Shown piece by piece: positions 38,549-51,807 of a stretch of 64,000 nucleotides of DNA. Origin of the DNA: Lama glama (taxonomy: Eukaryota); assembly GCA_028534125.1 (NCBI GenBank), contig CM052817.1, positions 72,542,001-72,606,000 of the forward strand, written 5' to 3'. The first letter of the stretch is position 1; each line of letters begins with the position of its first letter. The notes below the pieces were generated by a model. That model searched no databases. It had not been told where the DNA came from and was given only the letters and a program-made list of their open reading frames with translations. The position numbers were made by a program, and so were the translations under genes.

Positions 38549-40463
38549 GCAGAGGCGTGACATCACCTTTCTTATGTTTTAAGGGTCACTGTTGCTGCTG
38601 TTTTGAAAAGAAGTTGTAGGCTTAAAGGAAGGTCGAAGATCAAAGCAAAGAAACCAGATTTCTTGAAATATGGATGACTAAAGAATCCAGAAACAAAATT
38701 AGTGCAACAAAACAGTGGAAAAAATAATTATGAAAGAAACATTCACTTCATGAGAAATTACATACAAATATTCATTATGCAGAAATACAAGTTCTATGTA
38801 GAAGAAAATTATAGTCCTGCTCCAGACTTAATGCATAAATAGAAATGCAATCTATGCAGGTTTTCTGACCTATATTCTAGTTTTAAGAAAAACAAATTTA
38901 AAAGAGTTGGGAAAAAAACAAGAAACCACACCATTGTGTCAGCCCTGATGAATCAAACTGCCTGGTAGTTTCTGTCGCCACTCTCTCACAATCTTTGAAA
39001 TTGATTGCTGTATGAAATTGGGCTCCTTGGAGTCTTGGATCTCACAATGGTTTCAGAGGAAAAAAAATGACTCACTGTTTATTTAACAACATGAGTTAAT
39101 TTGTCAAAAAGAAGGTCACTTAACAAGGTAATTTATCATCTTCTACCACATATAATGCTCCTATTCCAAGTTCTCTAAAGAAAACACTAAAATCTACCAT
39201 CTCCTAGATAAAAAATTAAATGAATGAGGACGTGGCCACGGGAGGGTCCATAAGAGGGAAAATATACTTTGTTTAACTGGACTTCATATGAAAAACTGGA
39301 ACAGGATTTTCTAATGGACTCAGACCTTTTAACCATATTCTTCTAATTTTGAATCCTGTCATTCTACATCTTTTCTTTCCTTGTAAGAAGCTGAAAGTTA
39401 GCTGAGCTTAAAACTGCTTAGATTAGATTTACACATATTTTTTTAAAAATTGTAAAGCAATTAAGAACATTTCTTAAACCAACCTTTTTTTTTGTTTGCT
39501 TGTTCTTGTCCCCTATAAAGGCATAAACACACACATTCACACTACAGATTTTTTAATCTTCTGATTCTAAAGCTACTTTTTTTCCCCAACATCTATATAA
39601 AGCTCCTTTGTTAATCATTATAGCTATTTTCCTTACTCTCTTAATATTTCACAGTTTTTCTATGGAAGCCTTAAGAAGGAAAATGTAATTTCTTTCACTA
39701 TGTAGTCATTTAATACAATTTGGGATTGTTGATTTTTCACTTACCTATCCTATGCTATAGCATTATGATGGTAAAACACTACCATCAAATTAAGAATTAT
39801 ATGTGCAGAATTAAACCATCTTATATTATCAACTGGAAAATATACCATAGTAAAAAATGTGACCATTAAACTGTTTGTTGAATAACATGCCTATAAAAAG
39901 AAAACAATTTAGATTTAGGTTGATAGTTATATAGAGTGAAAGAAATATTTGGATGTTCTTTGTGATTATTCATTTCAACAAAGTCTGTCATGCTCAATAA
40001 GTTCCAAATGACAGTGTGGGAACATGTGAAACTGAAATTAGACTGCTGGAGAAATCTAAGAGGAGAAACAGAAACTCAGAACATGCTATGCATGATCCTC
40101 AGTCACGTCTTAGACTATCATTTTCATTATCAGTCATCTGATAGCTTCTTCTCAGATTTTCCACTCCTAAATTGTGTTTTTCTTAGAAATTAATAAACTA
40201 TCTAACAAACTTAATAAATGAGTTTAAACCCAAATGTTTGGAACTGAACATTTATATAAAACATTAAATTTATGAAAAATTATAACTGAAGTTTCAAAAT
40301 ACCTTAAATAATAAAGAAGTCCTTTTCAGTTGATTTTGCTTAGAGAAAATTAGTCTTTTTAAAAAGGAATAATGATTGGATTATTTAACTAACATTTCAT
40401 CTCTCTTTTAGATGTTTATATACAAGTGAAATGCCCAAATTATATTTAAACAAATGTACTTGT

Positions 40464-40770
40464 ATTCATGTGTTCAACAACTGTTTATTAGATTTTACCA
40501 AATACAAAGCTCTGTGCTAAGGATTGTATGGCAATATAAGGATAAATAAGTTAATATCTCTTTACTCAAAAACTTAACAAAAAATAAAAAAGTTGTAAAC
40601 ACAAGTAAATATTTTAACATACAGGCTATTAAACCTACCATAGGTGAGATCAATATTGTGTGGTAGTTCATTTTTTCATTCAGTCATTCAGCAAGTAATA
40701 AAGGAATTTCTCCTGAAAAAACCTGACACTCTTCTAGGTACAATGGATAGAGAGAATGAAACCAACAATG
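40464..40770 (-). mobile_element. Two L2 3'-end fragments
   Basis: ttcaacaactgtttattag...ctctgtgctaagg and ttcattcagtcattcagcaag...cactcttctaggtacaatggatagag. Confidence 0.55.
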
Positions 40771-41580
40771 AAAAAATTAATGACTTCATATGATTATTTC
40801 CAATACTAAGTGCAGTCATTAATTTAAAGCAGAATTCTAGTAAGAGAGGACTAGAGGCTGGTCTAGCTTCCTATTAAAGGAGATCTACAGGTCTGGTTAG
40901 GATTCACTTCCTGCTTTGAAAAGAGAAATTGTTTTGGTTTACATTTTGTAGGGATCAGCCATTCAAAGCCTTATTCCTTCTATGAAATCACATCTGTGGC
41001 ATTGTAGACTATAAAGCTTCTCTTAACGTGTATCATGCAATTATTTTACATCAAAGAATGCAGTTATAGCTATGTATGATAATTTCTAGTTACATCTCTT
41101 TCTGATATCTCATAGAATAGTACTGTTTAAATATGTTCCTGAACATTTAGACTCCACAATTTCTGACTCTGTGAAAAAAGTCCTTTTGTCTCTGACCCAG
41201 TCCATGTGCATACACCATATTCACATTTAACTCATTTAAAACAAACACCATTTTAAAATGTGGAGTATTTGCAATCTGTGTAGCTTGAGAATTCCTAGCA
41301 GATGGCTAAATACTAGCTTCTGTGGCAGCAGTTCTGTCCTCAGGTAGACATATCTATGAGCTTCTCACAAAGGCTCTTGCCTCCTAGGACTCATGAAAAA
41401 GCAATGAAAATCATGGGTATTATTTCTATACAAATAACTCACATAAAGAAAATGCCAGGGCATCTTCCATTATTAGAAGTAATTCCACACTTCAGAAAAT
41501 TTGCATTAACCACAATTTTCCCTCTCTCAGTGCAACATATGCCCTGTTACTGCAATTCCAGACACAACCACTTACATCTA

Positions 41581-41926
41581 TAGTCATCCCTCAGCATGCT
41601 CATGGGTTTGGTTCCAGGACCATCCCCTTCCCCCTAAGAAATCAAAATCTGCAGATGCTCAAGCCTCTTATATAATTGATGTAGTATTTGTCCATAACCT
41701 AAGCACATCCTCCTATGTACAGTAAATCATCTCTAAATTACTTATAATTCATATTACAATGTAAATGCTATGTAAACAGTTGCAAATGCAACGCAAATGA
41801 TATGTAAATAGTTGCTGGCAAATTCAAGTTTTGCTTTTTGGAACTTCTGGAATTTCTTTTTTTTCCAAATATTTTTGATCCAAGGTTGGTTGAATCCACC
41901 GATGCGGAATTCAGGGATACCAACTG
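41581..41926 (+). mobile_element. MER2B (TcMar-Tigger) DNA transposon, near full length
   Basis: tagtcatccctc...ggttccaggacc...aaattcaagttttgctttttggaac...ggttggttgaatccaccgatgcggaa...caactg, flanked by TA on both sides. Confidence 0.92.
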
Positions 41927-42789
41927 TATATGGCATTTCAGCCTTTGATCAATATTCTTTCAAACTAGTTAACTGAGTAAATGTAACAGTAATTATTATC
42001 CTTATTTTCTCTAGAAAAGAAAACCAAAACTCAGGCAGGATAACGCACATAGATTAGATTAAGAACTCTAAACTAGGTTTTAAATTCTTAGTTGAATGTT
42101 CCTTCCACAATATCATAAAGCCTTCGCAATGATAAACTTGATATACTGGAAGAGCAGTTCCTTTCAGCTGAATGTAAACTGTACATGTCCAGAAAAATTA
42201 AAGAATTTTCCCATACAGAATAAAATGGTAAAATGTATACCACAAAGATTTTCTAACAATGACATTAATACTAAAATCCTTGAATTCATACTGATAAACA
42301 CTCTTTATTTATTTTTCATGGGAAAAGAAAGTCACACTGACATTCAGAACAATTTACTTCCCCAATAAAATTACATAAACCAAATTCTCTATTTTATGAG
42401 ATTTTACAATCTTGCTTAATAGTCTTAAAATAAACCCCTTTTTGTATACAACATAGTGTTTGTATTTTTTATACATAATATCACATTTGATCTATACAAA
42501 AACTCCACGAATTAGGAAAGTAATGTCTCTTATGCATGAATAACTCGACACAGGAAGATAAAGTGATGGGCTGCTAGGCCAGCATTATTTTCACTACACT
42601 TTGCACAGAATGAAATTTTTTGCTAGTATTGAGACCAGTAGCTCATCACATTAATGCAAACAATTTGATCAACTTTGAAAAAGAGTAAGGTCAAAGAGTA
42701 GCCATCAGCAAAGGAAAGCAATACTAGGAAATTCCAAAAGTGAAATAAACTTCCCTAACTTTGATAATATCTAATATCTATCTCTATCA

Positions 42790-42908
42790 CTAAAGTTACT
42801 GGTTTTGAGGAAGGGGTTACTTCTTATTCATCTATGTATCTCTAGGACCATCTTAAAGTCTGGCAATTATAGGCACTCAGTCAACTCCTGGTGGAGGAGT
42901 CAGTAAAT
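42790..42908 (+). mobile_element. L2 3' end
   Basis: tgaggaaggggttacttcttattcatctatgtatctctaggacc...tctggcaattataggcactcagt. Confidence 0.55.
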
Positions 42909-45619
42909 TAACTATACAATTTTTGTTTTAAATTTTGTTTAATGAAAAATATTCAGTTAGAGACATTAATCAACCTGACCAAAATTCAAGATTTAATTTA
43001 GCCGCCTAAGGTAGATATACTGTATCTTACCATTCTTAACTTTCACATTTTCAAAATACTGTAAATAAAGATTTTACAAAGCGTTTTTAAGAATTTTTAA
43101 ATATGCTTTCTACTGTAAGACTTCTCATCATCAAAATATTCCAAAATTCCTTTGCTCCAATGAGAACATATTGATTCCTTAGAGAGCAGAAATTAGGATT
43201 TCTGTGATTATATATGAGAAAAATAAGTGAAAAATGATTGATTTTCAATTGGAGTGGAAGAAGAAAGAGCATATGACCATAATTTATATAAATTACTCTT
43301 TTCTTGCAGTTGCATACGCTGTCAGATCCTTTTTCATTCATAATCACTGAGTGGCTTTTCAACCTCAAACATCATTAAGATGGTCAGCAAGCAGATCAAG
43401 ACCTAATCATTTTCCCTCTAAGAACAGCTTTGTAGGATGAATGTGAGAGGGAAAGAAATGTGATCTGCAATTTGACTCCATTTGGATTTAAATTAAGATA
43501 GACTATGTGTTAAAAGTCATTTTTAAATCTTAAAGAACAAATGAACCTATAGTTTGCCTTCCAGGGCGGCCTTCTTAATCTGTCACTAACAATGTAAGAA
43601 CAGTGTGACAGTGACAATGCCGATGACTGAGCTAGGTTTGAACAACTGCTGAAAGTCTGGGGCAGGATTTTAGCCAAGTAACAGTCACGATGAAATATCT
43701 GCAGCACAAACTTTCCCAATATTCCACCCAACCCCTTCAGTTACTGACAGAAGATAGGTACAGTTGAAGGATCTAAGAGGAAATGCCCGTGAACTCATGG
43801 ATGATCTACCGAGGCAGTGAGGACACTTTAGCACGCTAGCAGAGCACTGTGCACCTCCATCAACATGTCCGAGTAGGATCGGCAAGGACAGCGCCCTCCT
43901 ACTTGGGCAGCTGCTCAGAATTATGAAACCCGTATGGTGGGACTTGCAGTCTTTAGAGAAAATACACATGTGATTTTGCTGAAAGCCAGGATAATATTAG
44001 TCAGATAAGCCCCCCTTACTGGTTTTTCAAAGAATCCAAAGACTAAAGAAAGGATTTGAAGAATAACGGTGCTACCGCTGACATCTGGTTGCTGAATGTT
44101 TTATGTACTGTTTCTAACAACAATAATTGAACATGAAATGCATTTCTGAAAGTTTTTCATAGAATAATATTTTCCAAGTTAAAGGCTGAAAGAAAAAGAT
44201 GTAAAACTCGGTGAGCAGTATTAACTCCACAGGTAATTGTGTGAAGAAAGAAAGCAGACCAGAGCAAACGTTTTGAATGATTTAATATACCAAGGCAAAT
44301 AATAATGTAAATTACCTAATTCTGGAACCATTTACTTCAATATATGTGAGACTGCTAAGTAAGAAGATTATGAAAATGATTTAGGAAAAATAATAGTTGT
44401 CAAGTGTTAATACAATCCTAATTATGTCAGTTATCTTGAGGTGATGACAGGCAAACTTATAGATGATTTAATAGAACACAATCTACATCATAAATGAGTG
44501 TTTTTACTACCTACTATGATGTACACCTTTTTTAGGAGTCTAATATTTTAATGAAACCATGGTCAAAAAATAGAGATACAAGGAAGTATCTAGGAACTCA
44601 TTTAAAAAAAAAAAAGAATAGAGAACTACAGCCAATAGACAATCAACCCAGTCATCTATCACTTTATGTTTGACTAACTGCCTACTTCTCTCTTCAAATA
44701 CTTATCTACTTGAGAACCACCCTTTCCCTCAGATGCTGGAAAGCCAGTTAATGTGTAGCTTTAGTTTAGCATTTCCACATGTTCCTAAGGTTTTGTGTTT
44801 CCTCTTTTGAACAGAAATATAAATGGACAGACTGGCAGTCACACCCTTTCCACGATATCAGAAAGAAATTTAGAACAGTGGTTATCAAAAGAAACCCTAA
44901 GTTTTCTTCAATGTCCGGTGAAATGAGAAAAAAAGAAAAAGAAAAAACAGAAAAGGACAACACAGTGAATTCAAAATAAAATAAAATAATTCTTTTTTGT
45001 GTGATTTGTACTTTTTCATTGTTAAAATGCCCTTTAAATAATAGTAGATAGTGGTTGTTTAACTCTGTTCTTTATTTTGATAAAATAAAAATGTCAAAAC
45101 TATGCTGCCTGACCCCCTCAGCTTTATTTTATTTTTACCAGTCTCTAAAAGCTAAAAATCTTGAAACAACTGGTTTAGAGTTTCACAGGGGACTAAATGG
45201 GTTGCCTTTGAAAAAATATTTAATTTCTGTTACTCTTTTAGTAAAGATAGCTTTTTTTCTGACCATAATCTGTATATCCTTCAAGTAATGTAAAAGTCCT
45301 AAGCTGTGTTTTTATGAGATGATTTCTGATTCTTACATGCATGTGTTTTTGTCTGTCTCTTTCTATTTCCTCTCTTTCTCTCCACGACTTTCTCAAACAT
45401 CTGCCTACATTTTCATAGACGATCATTAAAAATCTTTGTCCAAACTTCTGAATCTGAAATTTCTTGGCTACTGATGACAAAGAAGGCAAATATAGTCTAA
45501 ATCCAATACACTCTAAATCAACTTCTTGACCACTTACTAGTAAGTAGCTCTGGAATCTGAGTTTGAACTGAGACAACTATGTACAGCTAAAGTGAAAGTG
45601 AGTTTTGGCCACCATAAAG

Positions 45620-45871
45620 CAGAGCTTCCACAGATTTAGGACCACCATTCACAGTAAGAAATTTGTTTACCATTAGTCCCCAGAAAGCACATTCACAAAG
45701 ATGCAACCAAACATCCACAACTGGAGTTGAAGTCTCACAAAACAATACTTACCCTGACTTAGTGCAATGCACTCTCACATTCTTTCATTCTACTATTTTT
45801 AAGCAAACCACATTTGCCATATTGATTTCACGACCCACTAAATTGTAGTAGCTCACAGTTTGAAAATTGTT
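45620..45871. mobile_element. hAT-Charlie non-autonomous MER element
   Basis: cacagtaagaaat...acaatacttaccct...gcaatgcactct...ttgatttcacgacccactaa...cacagtttgaaaa. Subfamily uncertain. Confidence 0.7.
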
Positions 45872-46449
45872 ACCATATAACATGTGTTGTAATGTTGCTA
45901 CTGAATTTCGTCATATAAAGTTCAAAACAATTTCCCGTAAATCAATATAAAATTAGAAACTTAGCCTTTTCAAATAATTTTATAGTGTGCTGCCATTGAA
46001 TTTTTGAAGGAAAGAAACCAGCATTTTTGTCCCATTTTTCTTGATTTCCCCTGCTTGGTTCTTTCTCAACACTCCTTGGCTTTTCTCTAGATAAGTTTCT
46101 TCTAAACTGGAAGAAGAACTGGAGAATGATGATAAACAAAAGTGCCCTTGTTTTGTTTTGTTTTTTTAGTAAACTTTGAGGGTCCTACTTTTAGCACTGA
46201 TGATGACTCAACTATTGACTTAAGATTCTGAATTATATTTATGATATTCTGAGATGTTCTTAAAATCACTAAAGAAATGAGTTATCTTAAATTGCTTATT
46301 CAAGTTTATATAATAAATTTTCTGCAACGTTTTCTGATTTCTTTTCAAGTAAATAAAAAGTAGGCAAAATTTTAAATTGGTAAATACATTGGTTATGTAC
46401 ACATGGATGAGTATGTTTGTGTGTACAGACACACTTAGACTCACTATGG

Positions 46450-46640
46450 CAAGGAGACCAGGCTTAGGGATCCATACAGAAGTAGTTCAAGTCCTGCTTC
46501 CAACCTCTTTACCACTGTGTGATTTTTAGAATTTCTTCTAAAATGTCCTTTGCAAAATGAAATCATAATCACACCTACCTCACAAGCTGTTGCCAGGGAC
46601 AAATGAGATAGAAGAAGCAAAAATCAAAGTGCTTTTAAGT
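46450..46640 (+). mobile_element. MIR
   Basis: gttcaagtcctgcttcc...accactgtgtga...tgcaaaatgaaatcataatcacacctacctcacaagctgttgccaggg. Confidence 0.7.
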
Positions 46641-47019
46641 TGTTCATTTTTGCTATAGATTTCAGAGAATGATCTGTTTAAGTTTATTTCATGCCTGGGG
46701 AAAAAATAAAATTATCCTCGCTGACCATTTTAATTGATTTCCATGCATGACTCTAATCTTCTAATTCACTTAATGCATGTAAGCAGAGAAAAAGAGACCC
46801 TTTAAGACAAGGAAATTAAAGAGAAAAGATTAATAATACAGTTGAAGTTAGAAGGATATCAAATTCTGTACTTCCTAAAATCTTTAGACATTTGAACTTG
46901 ACCATCAAGTGATTGCCACTGAGAGAAGCTCCCATACTTTGAAGGATTAAAATTCCAGCTCCGCTTGGCTCCCTTAAATTAATAACCATGTAGAAAATCC
47001 AGTCTGTGGACTGTGTTCT

Positions 47020-47352
47020 GTAGACTACATCAGGCCCACAGGTTAAATCCAGCCCACTTCCTATTTATCTATGTCCAGTGGGCTAAGAATGGTTTTTACA
47101 TTTCTATATGAGTGGAGGAGGGATTAAAAGAAGAAAAGCATCTTGTGACAGTGAAAATTATATGAAATTCAAATTTCAATGCCCATAAATAAAGTTTCAC
47201 TTGAGCACACTGTAGGTCATTCATTAATGTATTGTCTATGGCTAATTTCATGCTACAAAAGCAGAGTTTAGTAGTTGAAATAGAGACCATATGGCTCCCA
47301 AAGGCAAAAATTGAGTATGTATTATTTGGTTCTTTACAGTTTGCCAACCCTG
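47020..47352 (+). mobile_element. MER58B (hAT-Charlie)
   Basis: ggcccacaggttaaatccagccc...ctaagaatggtttttacattt...aaattatatgaaattcaaatttca...tattgtctatggct...tttgccaaccctg. Confidence 0.88.
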
Positions 47353-48489
47353 AACTACACAGCAAAAAGAAACTCAGGGACAAACGTAAATGATGCTTGT
47401 AAGTTCCATAATTATTCCAATATGATTATTTTAAAACATAGCAAAGATGATTCTTAACTATAATAAGCATATTTTATATTTGATATAAAGAGTATGCATC
47501 TTTCAACATAAACTACACAACCTGTTTCTGAATGATGACATGATGTGTGCTCCAAAACTAAGTAAGGAAAAATAAATGGTTTTTATTCACCTAACAGCAC
47601 ACACCTAGGCAATGAGATTAGATGTTGTCATTACAATGGAAGAGAAGCCAGCTTAAGCTAAGCCCCAAACACTACCTTCCACAGGCCTTCCATCTATCAT
47701 CATAAATGATAATTCAGCATTCCTAAAAATCAAGTTTTAATTCTGATCAAGTAGCTTTTTATTAAACTTCCAGGACTATTAAAACAACTAATTTCAACAC
47801 AAGGTAAGCAGTAGCATCTGAAGGGGTGAGGGGATTCTATTTGAAATGAAACAGTGCCAATTAAATAGAGACTAACAGATAATGCCTTCTTATTATCTGC
47901 CAGCAAGTACATGAGCAAAACAGTTAAAACACCCACCAGACCAAGGAGTTCCAATGGGCCTTTGGGCCAAAAGAGAATGTTTAACAGGAACATTCAGATG
48001 CGTCCCTTCTAAATCTCAAGCACCCTACGTGTTATCAAATAATGAATCATTACTAAATCTTGATATAATTTTCAAAACTGACAAGAGGTAATTGTCCACC
48101 AATCAGGTAAAAGAATAAAGTATTACTTTTATAATTTTTGAAAGTATTAACTATCACATGTAATGTTTGACCTTCCTAATGTAGATCAGAGTCCTCTGGA
48201 CTGGAGGGAACTCCATCTCTATTTCCTATTTCCATTTTTGGCTAACTTTTTATGATGTACATTAACATAATAATACTTGTATATAGTTTATAAATGAATA
48301 AATATACCTATGATAAGAGTGCCTCATGAGAATATACTGGTCCATATAATCAAAAATAGTTGAAAACTACTGATCAAAATTACTCTGGTTTAGTATTGAA
48401 CTATAACTAATTGCAATAATTTAAAGATTTTTTATATAAGCTATGCTATAAGACCTTACAGAAACTGTTTACTTTCTCTAACACTCAGC

Positions 48490-48745
48490 TGCCATCTCTG
48501 AAAACCACTGCCCACTAGAAGGAAGCAGCGCTCCTTGAAGAAATGGCTGATTCCAGTCCTGGAGTGTGAAATGGATAGTATGAGCCTGGTACAAGAGTAA
48601 GAAAGCTATCAAAAACGACTGAGGCCATGTCTAAAGGACTCAGGGGCCAAGGGAAGCTTTCGTTACCCAAAAGTGGGGCAATATGAGCACCCATAAGGAT
48701 AATGACAGCGGCAGATTGCCTGCCTAAATTCACATGCGTTCGTCA
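48490..48745 (+). mobile_element. L1MC/L1MD 3'UTR fragment
   Basis: gctccttgaagaaatggctgattccag...aagctatcaaaaac...aaaggactcagg...tgagcacccataaggataatga. Confidence 0.75.
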
Positions 48746-49944
48746 CTTTTTGAAGGAGATTTGGGAACTCATTTTGAAAACTGCTAAGTAAAAGAAAACA
48801 ATGAAGCACTTATTCCATCTTTCCTAAAATAATCATCATCATAATAATAAATACTCGAGGCAGACATAGGGAAAATAAAGGACAGGTGACATTGTGCACT
48901 GAAATTTAAAAAATGGCATTTTTCTTCCTAACTGATGGTATAACTTCTACTCTTGTTCTTAGTATAGAAATACCGAATCAAAAGAAATATAGCATTATTT
49001 TTCTCAAGGAGTTTAGAGCTTGATGCCCTGAATGGTTGATTTTGTAAAGACAAACGATTCTGTTACTAAATTTAAAACCTCTTGAAATCCATAGTTCAGA
49101 TCAATTCTTTATAGATGGTTAAAGAGAAGATGTTTTAATAAAATTGTCTTTTCAGTGGTTAATCCTTAAGACCTGAAAAACCTTTTCAAGCTGATAATGG
49201 TTCTTTTTTTTTTCCTGCCAGTAGAAATAAAGCCAAATAAAATACCTTACTCTCCAGTCTCCTTCAAGGATATAAATGAGGCTGAAGATGTCCTGGTTTT
49301 GCCTTCTAAGCTGGCTAAAATCCCTGTTGCTATTTGCTTATCTCAAGGGGACTGGACAGCTCCTTTAAATTACATTTTATATGGTATGTCCCATGTTTTA
49401 AGAACTCTCTGGGCAACAGTAAAATGTCGCATTCCTTAAAGTGGTACAATGAAGATGCCTCCTCATTTCCCCTCGTGTGCTTTCCTACACACTTGACATG
49501 TACATATATCTCCCTGTCACTGTTCGTGAGCCCTCTGAGGTGAGGACGGGATGTTTTAGCTACAGGACAACAGAATTAAGGAAATGAGCTACAAAAGATG
49601 ACATCATTTTAAAATGTAAAAAATCACTCTCTCTCTTCTCATTTCTTATACTGATCACTCTGGACACCACTTGGGAGAGAAACAGTCTTAGCTACTCGGA
49701 ATTAGATGACCTATTTCATATCTTCAATTCTTCTATTTAGCAGCCGCAGAGGACTTAAAATCTCTGAGGATCAATTGTATTATCTGTACAGAGTACAATA
49801 TTATCTGTGTTAAAAATAATAATAATTATTAATTATATCAAACTAAAAGTTTGAAAGTAAGGAAATAAATATAAAATTGCTTGTACAATAAACATGTAGT
49901 ATATAAACTATGATAAAATTCTCGTTTGGAGAACAAAAAAGTAT

Positions 49945-50190
49945 TAGCTGATATAGATTCCACATATTGATGTGCTCTGTTCTGTGCTAAGCACCTTAAT
50001 ATGTTACCACATTGGATTTTCACCAAAACAAAGAGGTATGTGTTAGCATCCTCCACCTAGTAATCAGGAAAGTGAAACTCAGAGAAGGTAAGAAACTTAT
50101 TGAAAGATGCATATGGAATAAGTAGCCCAAGGTTAAATGTGATTCTAGATCTACCTGGCTCCATAACCAAACTCTTAACTCTGATATTAT
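49945..50190 (-). mobile_element. MIR
   Basis: tgtgctaagcacctt...ggaaagtgaaactcagagaaggtaagaaactt...ctggctccataaccaaactcttaac. Confidence 0.75.
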
Positions 50191-50589
50191 TCTGCATTTC
50201 TAACAGGTGGAGGGGGAAGGAGAGAAAGAAAGAGAGATTTAAAATATGAAATAACATTTTTTTAAATGTAAGCAACAGATATGCTGAGACAAATGGTACA
50301 TCAAACACTTGAAAGAAGTTTAAGTAAATAAAGGTAACTTCATGAAAGTATTGCTTAATTTTGCTAAGCAAATCATTTTAGTATACATGTAATAAATTGA
50401 ACTACATCTATTATATGTGAGTCGTTAAGAATCTTTTTACTGATTAAGATCTACAAAAGATAGTTTCTTGCCTGCTCTGCGGGATTATTTCAAGTGCTTT
50501 AAAATCCTCATATCCCTTAACGTCTTTTTGATACAGATACATTAAATCCTCTTACAGTCAACCTAACTTAGAATTTAGAATTTAGAAAA

Positions 50590-51360
50590 AACTATTTTTA
50601 GAGTTTCTCAAAAAATGCCATAGGAGGTTTGTAATCCCCCGCCCTCATCACCAAAGTGCAAGGCTGTTTGGCTGCACGTGCGCATTTGAAGGGGCAGGCT
50701 CTACCCTGCCAGCTCTCTACTTACCCGCTCCTTCTACTTTGATCTTTCACTGCCTTTCTCCTCTCTCTTTTTTTTTAATTTTGGACTCTGCCCAGTACCC
50801 CCACCCCACAACACACACACCTCCTGCCAACAAGTCATTGAATTTTACGTGAAGCTTATTTCATATTCGGATTTTAGCTCAACTCCTCTGTTTCTGCTCT
50901 TCGCAGAACAGAAATTTTTAATAAGGCAGTCACCTTAACTTCCTTTCACTCTTAAACGCATGATTCATTTCAAGTATTCGAAACAAAGCAGAGAACTAAG
51001 GCAGTATCCTGTGAGTTAATAATCCTAAGGCTTGTTTGACATGCCTGAAACGTAAGTTAATGTTTCTTATGTTAGTCCCTCTTGCTCTTCTCCAGTACGT
51101 CGTAGCACTGCCCTCTAAGAGGTGAGAAAAGGAAAAACACAAAAACACTTGCTTTCTCTGGAGGGGAAGTTTGACGCCAGGAACACACACTTAAAGTACT
51201 TTCTCCAAATCCCAAAGGTGGGGTCTGGGCCTACAGTTTGTGCTTGATACTGTTAGGAAGCTCTCCCAGCCTCCATTTCTCTGGCGTGATAGGCTTATCC
51301 CCAGGTGACTGCTGGGGAGCGTTCACCTGACGCTGTGTGAGCCTACAGTATAAATGGATT
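50590..51360. promoter_or_regulatory. Candidate promoter/enhancer (CpG-retaining, motif-dense)
   Basis: MEF2 CTATTTTTAG 50592-50601, GC box 50636-50644, E-box CACGTG 50675-50680, TCF/LEF CTTTGATC 50737-50744, two TGACG half-CREs, TATAAAT 51349-51355, and a local CpG excess. Confidence 0.5.
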
Positions 51361-51807
51361 CACTGCATCTGAGAATTAGGAAAAAACAAGCCCACTTTTT
51401 CAGGTCCAGTTGAAATCCCATCTATGAAGCCTTATTTAATCACTCAGATCCACAGCAATCCCATGGCACTCATTGTCTATATAGCTCATTGAGAACCTGG
51501 AAATGTTTTTAGAATTGATATTTAACACTTGGTTAGAGAGAAATTTCCATCTCTTTTTGGCACCTAGTGAAAATGGAACCAAACAAAGCACTTTAATATC
51601 TACTAATGGTATCTACTAATCGATAATAGTCAATTAGTTAATGGTCACTAAGACAAGATAGTCTTTAATCTAAAAAATACAGAAAAGAATGGGATGCATT
51701 TTAGAAATATTTCCATTGAAGTAATTAAAACATTTAAAAACTGGGGTTCTTAGCCAATTATAGATAACTGACACTCCCTGATAATGACAAGGATGTTGCT
51801 GCAAAAA

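Noticed and set aside
45740..45756. Strong minus-strand donor / U1-like atacttacc
   Set aside because: Part of the hAT-Charlie element, and the flanks do not match U1 snRNA
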